A stretch of 32,000 bases of DNA from Acaryochloris thomasi RCC1774 (GCF_003231495.1 NZ_PQWO01000011.1:1-32000), one strand, 5' to 3'. Positions 16,488-23,815 are shown, counted from the first letter of the stretch. The notes: generated by a model not told the origin, from the letters alone. Program-made: numbers and translations.

Positions 16488-16979
16488 ATGGCAGTTGATG
16501 CAGTTGATGAAGTGTTGGCTCAGTGGCGAAAAGAGCGTCCTGATTTAGATGCATCGCCAATGGGAGTCATGGGCAGAATGGCGCGGTTGGCCAAACACCT
16601 AGAGCGATCGCTGGGAGAAGTCTTCTCAGATTTCGGCTTGAACGGTGGGGAATTCGATGTATTGGCGACCCTGCGGCGGTCGGGTCCGCCTTATCAGCTT
16701 TCGCCCACGGCGTTATTCAATTCCATGATGGTGTCCTCCGGCACAATGACGCATCGGATTGATGGTCTAGAGAAAGCGGAGCTTGTGGAGCGTATTCCTG
16801 ACCCTTGCGATCGCAGAGGGACGCTGATTCATTTGACGGATAAAGGCTTCAGTTTGATTGAAAAAGCGGTTGAAGCCCATGTTGCTAACGGACAACAGAT
16901 TCTCAGTGTGTTGGAGAAAACTGAGCGTGAAGCGCTAGCCGAGCTGCTGCGCGAGCTTTTAGTTTCGTTGGAGGATTAA
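16488..16979 (+). CDS. MarR-family transcriptional regulator
   Basis: GLNGGEFDVLATLRRSGPPYQLSPTALFNSMMVSSGTMTHRIDGLEKAELVERIPDPCDRRGTLIHLTDKG is the winged-helix MarR core. Confidence 0.85.
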   Translation: MAVDAVDEVLAQWRKERPDLDASPMGVMGRMARLAKHLERSLGEVFSDFGLNGGEFDVLATLRRSGPPYQLSPTALFNSMMVSSGTMTHRIDGLEKAELVERIPDPCDRRGTLIHLTDKGFSLIEKAVEAHVANGQQILSVLEKTEREALAELLRELLVSLED

Positions 16980-17209
16980 TGGTTGCCTGGGAAGATAGTA
17001 TCACTGTCCGCCAGTCCTACTTGGCGATGTACGAGTTTTTAAAGCAGCACTATGAAAGTTGTCCAACTGATGTTGTTGGCGGTCTTCTTGGCGATTTATC
17101 TTTTTTACAAGATGGTTCCAGTGCTGACCCCGCCGTAGGTCATGAATTTTTAGCGGCAGCGCAACTAGCTATCGAAGATCAGTCTGATGCTAAATTTCTA
17201 CTTGAGTAG
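16979..17209 (+). CDS. Hypothetical 76-aa acidic protein, translationally coupled to marR
   Basis: The start ATG overlaps the marR stop (TAATG at 16977-16981). Sequence MVAWEDSITVRQSYLAMYEFLKQHYES...SADPAVGHEFLAAAQLAI. No family recognised. Confidence 0.5.
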   Translation: MVAWEDSITVRQSYLAMYEFLKQHYESCPTDVVGGLLGDLSFLQDGSSADPAVGHEFLAAAQLAIEDQSDAKFLLE

Positions 17210-17391
17210 CGCTGATTTGACGTCCAATAAATCCATGCAGTGGGACGCTCGCAGCACTCTATTGCTTGACGCGTTGATATAATTCTCGCACCCCTGATGG
17301 CCGAGCCGTTAGACCTCAGTCCCTTATCTTGTATACTCCAGTAGCACCTTTTAACCTAAGCAGAGACTATTGACTAGCATGGGTATTCATT

Positions 17392-17565
17392 TTGCCAACG
17401 GCTGATCAGGGGGTTATTTGTATAACGCTATGCCAATCCCTGACTAACTCATTCATGCCTATCTTTGTCATTCGTCTTGACGAGCGAACCGGAAACGTAT
17501 TCATTCTTGCGGGCGATAATATAGAGATAGAAATATACCGCAACGGTCGTTGGAGGTTTTTGTGA
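17392..17565 (+). CDS. DUF6888-like small protein (57 aa, TTG start), absent from the ORF track
   Basis: Hand translation from TTG 17392: LPTADQGVICITLCQSLTNSFMPIFVIRLDERTGNVFILAGDNIEIEIYRNGRWRFL*. The pattern C...CQ.L.N...PI...R.DE.TG.V.ILAG....I.I...G.WRF matches my recollection of a cyanobacterial small-protein family (the DUF number is from memory). In-frame stop upstream at 17371-17373. The stop TGA (17563-17565) overlaps the next gene's GTG. Confidence 0.5.
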   Translation: MPTADQGVICITLCQSLTNSFMPIFVIRLDERTGNVFILAGDNIEIEIYRNGRWRFL

Positions 17566-17768
17566 GCAAGCCTGACTTCAATAGCATGGCTAAATCTGAG
17601 CTGCGAGCCTATGTCATTGCTCATCCTGATGATAAGACCGCATTTAGTGTTTTTGTTGATCGTTTTACCGCTGATGCATCTCCAGAAACGTTTGATGTGC
17701 CGCAATCCAAATCTGGGATTGAAAAAATCGACAACCTAATCCAGCAAAAAGTCCAGCAGATAAAATAA
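17562..17768 (+). CDS. DUF6887-like small protein
   Basis: (V)SKPDFNSMAKSELRAYVIAHPDDKTAFSVFVDRFTADAS... is the typical cyanobacterial 'PDF..M...EL..YVL.H..D..AF' family. GTG 17562 is preferred (GGAGG at 17552-17556, GTGA overlap with the upstream stop). The track's start at 17550 is TTG. Confidence 0.6.
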   Translation: MSKPDFNSMAKSELRAYVIAHPDDKTAFSVFVDRFTADASPETFDVPQSKSGIEKIDNLIQQKVQQIK

Positions 17769-17803
17769 GTCATTGATGTCTATCAGGTATTAAACCGACC
17801 GCT

Positions 17804-17874
17804 GGCTTCGACTCCGCTCAGCCTGCTAAACGGTTTGCTCGTCTAGGAGTCGAGGGTTGAGCGGAGCCGAAACC
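17804..17874. repeat. Imperfect 20-bp inverted repeat (hairpin-forming element) between convergent genes
   Basis: GGCTTCGACTCCGCTCAGCC (17804-17823) against GGTTGAGCGGAGCCGAAACC (17855-17874), 17/20 complementary with a 31-nt spacer. The spacer holds a nested complement, CGACTCC (17810-17816) / GGAGTCG (17847-17853). Confidence 0.5.
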
Positions 17875-17947
17875 CGTCTGCAAGAGTGTTGCGCCTATCT
17901 ACTTAACAGCTGCTCGTTTGATACTGAGCTACGAGGGTAATTTTCAT

Positions 17948-18724
17948 CTAACAGGCATAGGCCGCCATGCTGAGCGTACCGTAAGTAAAACCGCGATAAA
18001 GCTGTTGTCCTTTGATAGCCTTCCCGCCAGCTCCTAAAGCGACAAACAAAGGCAGCAAGTGCTCTTCGGTGGGGTGGTTCTCTTGAGCATAGGGCGCTAA
18101 TTGTCGATAGTTGAGCAGATCATCCCAGTTCCCCTGTGTGATTGTTTTAGCCAGCCAGTCATCAAACTGAGTCACCCATTCTGGAGGGGATGCACTGTAG
18201 CTCTCTCTAGAAGCATTGAGATTATGAGTCGCACTCCCGCTGCCGATAATCAGGACTCCTTCCTGCCGTAATGCTTCCAACGCCTGACCCACTTCCCAGT
18301 GATAACGCGGATCGCGATACGGCTGAATCGAAAGCTGTATGACCGGAATGTTAGCCTTGGGGTAGATCAAAGTCAAAGGGGTCCAAGCCCCATGATCAAG
18401 ACCTCTAAAGGGATGCACCTCACACGTAATACCCGCTTGAGTTAGCAATTCAGAGGCCCGAGCCGCCAGTTCAGGATCACCACTAGCCGGGTAACTTAAT
18501 TCGTAAAGCTGCTTCGGGAAACCTGAAAAGTCATGGATTGTTCTGGGTTGTGGTGTTGCACTCACGACGGGGGAATCTGAAAGCCAGTGAGCAGAAATCA
18601 CCAGAATAGCCTTGGGACGAGGAATCTGTTTGTGCAGGGCCCGCAAAAACTGTTGAGCGGCTCCCTCTCGAATAGGGAGGTCTGGCGCGCCGTGGGATAA
18701 AAAGATGGCGGGTAGCTCGTTCAT
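17948..18724 (-). CDS. Class III extradiol ring-cleavage dioxygenase (YgiD/4,5-DOPA-dioxygenase-like, LigB superfamily)
   Basis: MNELPAIFLSHGAPDL...RPKAILVISAHW...HGAWTPL...GSGSATHNL...EEHLLPLFVALGA parallels E. coli YgiD motifs (recalled). ATG 18724 is preferred. GTG 18814 is an alternative. Confidence 0.85.
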   Translation of the reverse strand: MNELPAIFLSHGAPDLPIREGAAQQFLRALHKQIPRPKAILVISAHWLSDSPVVSATPQPRTIHDFSGFPKQLYELSYPASGDPELAARASELLTQAGITCEVHPFRGLDHGAWTPLTLIYPKANIPVIQLSIQPYRDPRYHWEVGQALEALRQEGVLIIGSGSATHNLNASRESYSASPPEWVTQFDDWLAKTITQGNWDDLLNYRQLAPYAQENHPTEEHLLPLFVALGAGGKAIKGQQLYRGFTYGTLSMAAYAC

Positions 18725-18917
18725 GGTGAAAAATTTAAGGTCGTTTTGTTCGTAGCCATGTGCTCCACTGACGCCAGCGGGCGCGCAGAACCTTTTAATG
18801 AGCGGGCCATCCACCAGTGAATAGATATGAGTCGCTTGAAGGCTGAATTATTTTTTGCTGATGTCAAGCTCATGATTTTCACCTTGCGCTCCTGATAGAC
18901 TCCTAACGCTGGCGATG

Positions 18918-19382
18918 CTAGATCGAGCCAATGGCATAGGCTCCGTCCCCCAGAAGGAACTGCACTAGAGATGCGATCGCAAACAAAGCCGGAAACTCCC
19001 AGCCCCCTCCTTCATTGGTGAATAGCCAACCATTGGCACCATGTACTTTGAGTGTGGCAACCAGCAAAATTGGGAACAGTCCCAAAGCTACCCAACGCGT
19101 ATAAATCCCGGCAATTAACAGCAGTCCACCGATGATTTCGGCCAAGGCAACGGGTGCGGCCATAAAGCCCGGAAGCCCGACGCTATCAAAAAACTGAGCG
19201 GTCCCTGGCAACGTAAACGTAAACACCTTCAGCAAACCGTGGGCGAGAAAGAGCAGCCCCAAGCTGAGCCGTAAAAGTGCGATCGCATAGGGCGCAGTAT
19301 CCAAATCAATCGTAGGCTTCGCCAACCGCAGAGAGCGGGCCGGAGGCGCGGAAGAAACAGGATCGTGAATAGTGAGCTTCAT
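18918..19382 (-). CDS. DoxX-family membrane protein
   Basis: ALLRLSLGLLFLAHGLLKV...AEIIGGLLLIAG...TLKVHGANGW is the canonical DoxX pattern. Confidence 0.85.
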   Translation of the reverse strand: MKLTIHDPVSSAPPARSLRLAKPTIDLDTAPYAIALLRLSLGLLFLAHGLLKVFTFTLPGTAQFFDSVGLPGFMAAPVALAEIIGGLLLIAGIYTRWVALGLFPILLVATLKVHGANGWLFTNEGGGWEFPALFAIASLVQFLLGDGAYAIGSI

Positions 19383-19466
19383 TTTCTCTTCTCTCCAGAA
19401 CTGTACTAATTAAAACTATGGGCAAAAAAATTGTATCCATTGCGAGTCAAATTGCGATAGCTCCAA

Positions 19467-19649
19467 TCAGTAGGAGATCTCGACAACCTTAGGGGCTTGA
19501 ACCTCTAGTTCTATGGGCTGGAGCGAGGTGCTTTGATGGCCGCCGTCGCAGTAGGGAGCATTCTTTGATAATCCGCAGCTACAGATCCAGTGGGTACCCG
19601 TCTCTAGGTGGGCAGTGGCCGAAGATGTGGCGCTATGTTGTGACATCAT
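19467..19649 (-). CDS. CDGSH iron-sulfur domain protein (mitoNEET-like)
   Basis: CSCGLSKNAPYCDGGH fits C-x-C-x2-(S/T)-x3-P-x-C-D-G-x-H. ATG 19649 is preceded by GAAGGA. Confidence 0.8.
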   Translation of the reverse strand: MMSQHSATSSATAHLETGTHWICSCGLSKNAPYCDGGHQSTSLQPIELEVQAPKVVEISY

Positions 19650-19747
19650 GAAATCCTTCTGCTGGTTAAATATAGTTCTAATTAGAACCATGCAGAAATA
19701 CTAGCTCACTCAAGCCGATTCTGGCAAGAGAGTTTTAGGGATTATCT

Positions 19748-20203
19748 TTAGAAAGCCTGCTTTAGGCGACTAAGCAGAACTTTTAAAAGTTCTAGTTCTG
19801 AAGGATCAAGTCTCTCAAACCGCTCCTTCAGGTAAGCAATATGCTCAGGGAAAACCTTTTCAAAGTTTTGCTGCCCTTCTGGCGTCAATTGAACAATGAC
19901 GCTGCGGCGGTTGTCTGCGGGGGTTTCTCGGTACACGAGCGATTTCTTGATCAGGCGATCGATCACGCCAGTTAACGTTCCTTTAGTGATTAGGGTCTTT
20001 TCGCCGATTTCTCCCATGCTCAAACCGTTGGTATTGCCGAGGGTTGCAATCACGTCGAATTGAGCAGGCGTAAGATCGAACTGTCGAATATGAGTATCTG
20101 AACAGGCTGAGAATGATTGATAAGCCCTCGTCAACTCCCGCATAGTGGCAACGAAGGATTCATTGGCGGCTTGGGCCGTCGCTTTTGAGGGGGCCGTAGA
20201 CAT
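19748..20203 (-). CDS. MarR-family transcriptional regulator
   Basis: LTPAQFDVIATLGNTNGLSMGEIGEKTLITKGTLTGVIDRLIKKSLVYRETPADNRRSVIVQLTPEG. First gene of a four-gene same-strand cluster. Confidence 0.85.
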   Translation of the reverse strand: MSTAPSKATAQAANESFVATMRELTRAYQSFSACSDTHIRQFDLTPAQFDVIATLGNTNGLSMGEIGEKTLITKGTLTGVIDRLIKKSLVYRETPADNRRSVIVQLTPEGQQNFEKVFPEHIAYLKERFERLDPSELELLKVLLSRLKQAF

Positions 20204-20278
20204 CAAGAATTTTGGTTAAGAGTGTTCTGGCTAGTTTTATCCTACAGGGAAGGGTTTGATTATTCTGTGGACTTGATT

Positions 20279-20860
20279 TGAGGTGCTGCAATAAGCCCTG
20301 ACGCAGATCTGCTTCTGTATGCGGCTTTAGCAGATTGAGAAAATCTACGAAATAATCATCGTGAAAAACATCCAGCAGTTCAGGATGAGATTGTGACACT
20401 GCTGATGCGGCTTGTGCTGGATTCAGTACGCTGCGCTCAAACAACGCGCCTTTAAACTGACGCTCTAGCTCCTGCTTTGACCATTTCTCCTGAACGGCTA
20501 GACGGAGGTAAAACTCCCGTTCTTCGGGGCGTTTGCTTTGATTGAGAATGATTAAATTATGGGTCCAGGATAATTGTGACACCAGTGATGTCACTTTTTC
20601 ATCGTCGCGGTTGGTCTCGTAAAATTTGCGCATCCGAAACAGGTCTCTTGGCGTGAATCCGCGCAGTCCGGGCTGAGTCTGGGCTAGGTATTCAGCTAGC
20701 TGCTTGACGACGCCATCACTCCATTCGGCCTGCTCTAGCTTTTGGCTAATGTAGACTTCCACCTGCCAGTACAGTTCAACAGTTGCTTATTGACGACTTG
20801 AACGGCGGTTTGCTTCGCAGCTTGGATCAGTTGCACTACTTCCGCAAAGCTTTGTTCCAT
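20279..20860 (-). pseudogene. DUF1016/YhcG-type (PDDEXK nuclease) gene remnant: frameshifted N-terminus, C-terminal nuclease domain deleted
   Basis: Two frames carry the N-terminal YhcG-like region: ...FAEVVQLIQAAKQTAVQVVNKQLLN (20735-20920 ORF), then, after a 1-nt frame change near 20775-20782, LYWQVEVYISQKLEQAEW...GFTPRDLFRMRKFY...LSWTHNLIIL...REFYLRLAVQEKWSKQELERQ. Similarity stops after ...ADLRQGLLQHLK (~20279), before any PDDEXK core. The ORF tail then runs antisense-free into the marR 5' region. Confidence 0.65.
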
Positions 20861-20889
20861 TTCAGAGCTGATGGGCTGCTGTGTCGTGC

Positions 20890-21234
20890 TCACAGTTCTT
20901 CTTGCTTGGGCCAGTTGCAATGTAAATAACCAACTTCTTCTGAATAATGGTCATAGATTTCGAAACGGTGCCGAACTCCAGCGCGGCTGAGGGCTTCGGA
21001 GACTAATTGCCTATCACGCATCATCTCTTCAACGGAATCAGCATTGGCATCAATGGCAGGGTCGCCTAAGTCACCCCTGTATTCTTGAAATACAAAGTGG
21101 TCGCAGTCTTTGACTCTGATCGAATACTGACCTACGGAAACCTTTAAGCCTGCTTTACGAAGAATCACTACCATCTGTCGTTTGCTGGGCCAAATCCCTA
21201 GTTGTCCTGAGATCGTCGCCGATGCTTCCATCAT
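20890..21234 (-). CDS. Hypothetical 114-aa protein
   Basis: Clean ORF 45 nt downstream of hepT on the same strand (…GQYSIRVKDCDHFVFQEYRGDLGDPAIDANADSVEEMMRDRQLVSEALSRAGVRHRFEIY…). No family recognised. Confidence 0.5.
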   Translation of the reverse strand: MMEASATISGQLGIWPSKRQMVVILRKAGLKVSVGQYSIRVKDCDHFVFQEYRGDLGDPAIDANADSVEEMMRDRQLVSEALSRAGVRHRFEIYDHYSEEVGYLHCNWPKQEEL

Positions 21235-21279
21235 CTGAACTCAAAGATTAGTCTCCAGCTTGTCAAACGCATCCTGAAG

Positions 21280-21627
21280 CTATTCTTTAATTGCCTCTAA
21301 AACTTTAGCAATCATGATCTTCAACTGTGGCACATCTGTCTGAACTGCCTCCCAGATGATCTCTACATCCGTATTGAAGTAATCATGAATCAACTTATCT
21401 CGCATTCCAGCAATATCCCGCCAGGGTATATCAGGATATTGGCTTCTTACAGAGTCTGGAACCCGTTTCACTGCTTCACCAATAATTTCCATCGCCCTTG
21501 ATACCGCAAATACTTTCTCTAAGTTTTGCGAAAATGCTTCAAATTTAACACCCGCCGTAAACTGCTCGATCGCATCCACCGCATCCAAAATATCCTCTAA
21601 ATAATCCTGAATCTGTCGCTGGGTCAC
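21280..21627 (-). CDS. hepT: HepT-like (DUF86) ribonuclease toxin, type VII TA
   Basis: Rx4HxY active-site motif (RDKLIHDY) in a ~115-aa helical protein. The GTG start overlaps the stop of the upstream MNT gene (GTGA at 21624-21627). Confidence 0.85.
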   Translation of the reverse strand: MTQRQIQDYLEDILDAVDAIEQFTAGVKFEAFSQNLEKVFAVSRAMEIIGEAVKRVPDSVRSQYPDIPWRDIAGMRDKLIHDYFNTDVEIIWEAVQTDVPQLKIMIAKVLEAIKE

Positions 21628-21917
21628 AGATAGACCACCTCCGCCAAAATCCGTTTACCAATGCGTGGCTTTAAACCAGCTTTATGCACGAGGTCAACCT
21701 TTACACCCAAATTATCGCTGAGGTAGTTCTCTAAATTGACGAACTTCAAAAGGCTCGGTGTCTTAGAGAACTCCACCAGTACATCCACATCACTAGATTC
21801 CGTCTGTTCTTGCCTAATGTAAGAGCCAAAAATCCCTAACTCTCTGATTTGATAACGCTCCTGCAATACTGATTGGTGCTGTACTAACCATTCCTTAATT
21901 TCTTCCAAAGTTTTCAC
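21624..21917 (-). CDS. mntA: MNT-type nucleotidyltransferase antitoxin
   Basis: GIFGSYIRQEQTESSDVDVLVEF is the GSx10-11DxD nucleotidyltransferase motif. No ATG is available. GTG 21917 is preceded by GAGAGGG 7 nt upstream. TTG 21941 is the track's alternative. Confidence 0.8.
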   Translation of the reverse strand: MKTLEEIKEWLVQHQSVLQERYQIRELGIFGSYIRQEQTESSDVDVLVEFSKTPSLLKFVNLENYLSDNLGVKVDLVHKAGLKPRIGKRILAEVVYL

Positions 21918-22028
21918 AGCTCTACCCTCTCTCAAAGACAAGCACAGTAAGTAATCTACCCTACCTTGTATTAATTATCAGTAAATGAGGCCGGCTTCTC
22001 TTCAAATTTCAACCAGACAAGAACTTGC

Positions 22029-22059
22029 TTGACCTTCAAGTTACTTGAAACTCTAGACT
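22029..22059 (+). promoter_or_regulatory. MerR-type promoter: -35 TTGACC, 19-bp spacer containing a perfect palindrome, -10 TAGACT
   Basis: TTGACC (22029-22034), 19-nt spacer (22035-22053) holding TTCAAGT-T-ACTTGAA (22035-22049), TAGACT (22054-22059). Lies 28 nt upstream of the merR-family ATG at 22088. Confidence 0.65.
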
Positions 22060-22087
22060 ACGGAATATTGGCTCAGAGGAAGCAAGG

Positions 22088-22927
22088 ATGTTTCGCATTG
22101 GTGAGTTTTCCAAAATTGCCCAGGTGCCTGCTAGTCTGCTGCGCTACTACGACGATATTGGGTTGTTTAAACCGATGGAGTGCGATCGCAACACCAGCTA
22201 TCGCTACTACAGCGTTCAGCAACTCACCGAACTCAACCGCATTCTTGCCCTCAAAGATCTGGGACTCTCGCTAGAGCAAATCAAGCGTCTGACTGAAGAG
22301 GAGGTCTCTCCCGATGAAATTCGCGGGATGCTCTCTCTAAAAAAGGTGCAGATTGAGCAAACCCTCCAAACCGAAGCCGCTCGCCTTCGAGCGGTAGAAT
22401 CTCGCCTGCAGCAGATTGAGCGCCAAGGGCAGTTTCAAGATGACGACGTCGTTTTGAAATCTCTACCTGCAACGCCTTTCTTGTCATTGCGGCGGACCTA
22501 TCCAGACCTAGCGCAAACCTTCGCAGCCATCTCAGACGTGGGACAGGCTGTGAACAAACAAGTTGATGCTAAGTCCATTGGGCACTTTGCCGCCGTGATT
22601 TACGGAGAGCTGTATGAAGAAGCGAACTGGGACTTAGAGTTTGGATTCTTGCTGACTCAGGCTCTAGACATCAGCGTACCGTTAGCTAACGGTTCATCAA
22701 TGGATGTCCGAGAATTACCTCCAGTCGAAATGGCAGTGACGGCGGTACGGTTTGGTGGTCCTGAAAAGGGGCACCTCTCCTACAGCGCCATAGGTACCTG
22801 GGCAGAAAACCATCAATACAAGCTGATTGGGCCGGGGCGGGAGGTTTTTATCGTGCCACCGAAACCGGGCCATGAATCAGAAATGGTGGTCGAAATTCAG
22901 TTTCCGGTGGAGGCACTGGCTGCTTAA
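22088..22927 (+). CDS. MerR-family regulator with C-terminal GyrI-like effector-binding domain
   Basis: MFRIGEFSKIAQVPASLLRYYDDIGLFKP...YRYYSVQQLTELNRILALKDLGLSLEQIK (MerR HTH and coiled coil). A ~150-aa C-terminal half ending ...VEIQFPV is typical of GyrI/BmrR-like ligand domains. Confidence 0.85.
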   Translation: MFRIGEFSKIAQVPASLLRYYDDIGLFKPMECDRNTSYRYYSVQQLTELNRILALKDLGLSLEQIKRLTEEEVSPDEIRGMLSLKKVQIEQTLQTEAARLRAVESRLQQIERQGQFQDDDVVLKSLPATPFLSLRRTYPDLAQTFAAISDVGQAVNKQVDAKSIGHFAAVIYGELYEEANWDLEFGFLLTQALDISVPLANGSSMDVRELPPVEMAVTAVRFGGPEKGHLSYSAIGTWAENHQYKLIGPGREVFIVPPKPGHESEMVVEIQFPVEALAA

Positions 22928-23058
22928 CCCGTCAGGAAGACTCTGAGTTTTCTGCTTTTGCCTTGCTGACAATCCAAGACGTATTGGCAGATAGCTGTGT
23001 TTAGCTGTCACAGAACGTGTTGGTCAATTTCACACAATCCAAAATAGGAGATTAAACC

Positions 23059-23256
23059 ATGCCTACGATTAAACTCACGGTTCCCAAGAATGCTTGGACG
23101 AAGGATGAAAAAGCCAAGCTCGTTGAGCGGTTTACGAATACGCTCAGTGACTTTGCTCAAGAAGCGGGCAAAGGCGATATCAAGCCATTTATCGGAGTCC
23201 AGATCGAAGAAACGGCTGAAGGTGGTTATGCCATCGGAGGCCAGATTTTTGGATAA
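23059..23256 (+). CDS. Tautomerase-superfamily (4-oxalocrotonate tautomerase-like) protein
   Basis: 65 aa beginning MPTIKLTV (Pro-1 after Met removal) with a beta-alpha-beta-sized fold. AGGAG RBS at 23047-23051. Confidence 0.7.
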   Translation: MPTIKLTVPKNAWTKDEKAKLVERFTNTLSDFAQEAGKGDIKPFIGVQIEETAEGGYAIGGQIFG

Positions 23257-23410
23257 GAATCATCAAATAAAATTCCCCATCCCCGGAAAGTAGAAGCTCA
23301 GCGCAATGCTCCACTCAAGGCGGCTTGATAGAGCTTTAGCTGTTCTCAATCACAGAGGTGGAAGCGCCTGTGACTTGCACCTCTATTTAAATCTTGATGA
23401 GAAGAATAGT

Positions 23411-23815
23411 ATGACAATCGAACTCTGGTCTCTATTGAGCGTCACTGCAATCTTGTGGATTGCGATCTTGGTTCAACAGCTTCAGCTTGATATAACGGGT
23501 GGAGCCAAATACGCTTTATCAAACCGAGAGCAAGGCTATAGCTTTAAAGAAGCGACGGCACTGACGGGTCGTTTGGCTCGCAATGTCCGCAACCATGTTG
23601 AGGGTTTAGCTCTGTTTGCCCCTCTTGTTCTGACGGCTGCGATCGCAAACATCTCAAATACCTGGACTCAATCTGCTGCGATCGCTTTTTCCGTCACGCG
23701 GGGGCTACATTTCTTTTTCTATGCCGCAGGCATCACACCGTTCCGCAGTTTCGCCTGGGGGATTGGTTTCTTTTTAGCCCTCGGTAGCTTTGTGTTCGGC
23801 CTAATTACGGGCTAA
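23411..23815 (+). CDS. MAPEG-family membrane protein (glutathione-transferase-like)
   Basis: ATG 23411 (MTIELWSLL...). Four helices, with RNHVEGLALFAPLVL and ...RGLHFFFYAAGI resembling MAPEG conserved segments. Confidence 0.7.
   Translation: MTIELWSLLSVTAILWIAILVQQLQLDITGGAKYALSNREQGYSFKEATALTGRLARNVRNHVEGLALFAPLVLTAAIANISNTWTQSAAIAFSVTRGLHFFFYAAGITPFRSFAWGIGFFLALGSFVFGLITG

Noticed and set aside
17406-17705. 99-aa minus-strand ORF
   Set aside because: Antisense to the DUF6888-like/DUF6887-like pair, which have recognisable family patterns and coupled start and stop codons.
17801-17823. tRNA-like T-arm (GGCTTCGACTCC)
   Set aside because: The flanks cannot form a T-stem, acceptor or anticodon arms. 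It is interpreted as one arm of an inverted repeat.
20160-20278. C-terminal 40 aa of the 200-aa ORF 20160-20762 overlapping the marR 5' end
   Set aside because: DUF1016 similarity has already ended. This is read-through of a truncated pseudogene into the neighbouring promoter and coding region.
22029-22274. 81-aa ORF overlapping the merR-family gene in another frame
   Set aside because: It starts inside the promoter element and has no recognisable features, whereas the 22088 frame has a textbook MerR HTH.
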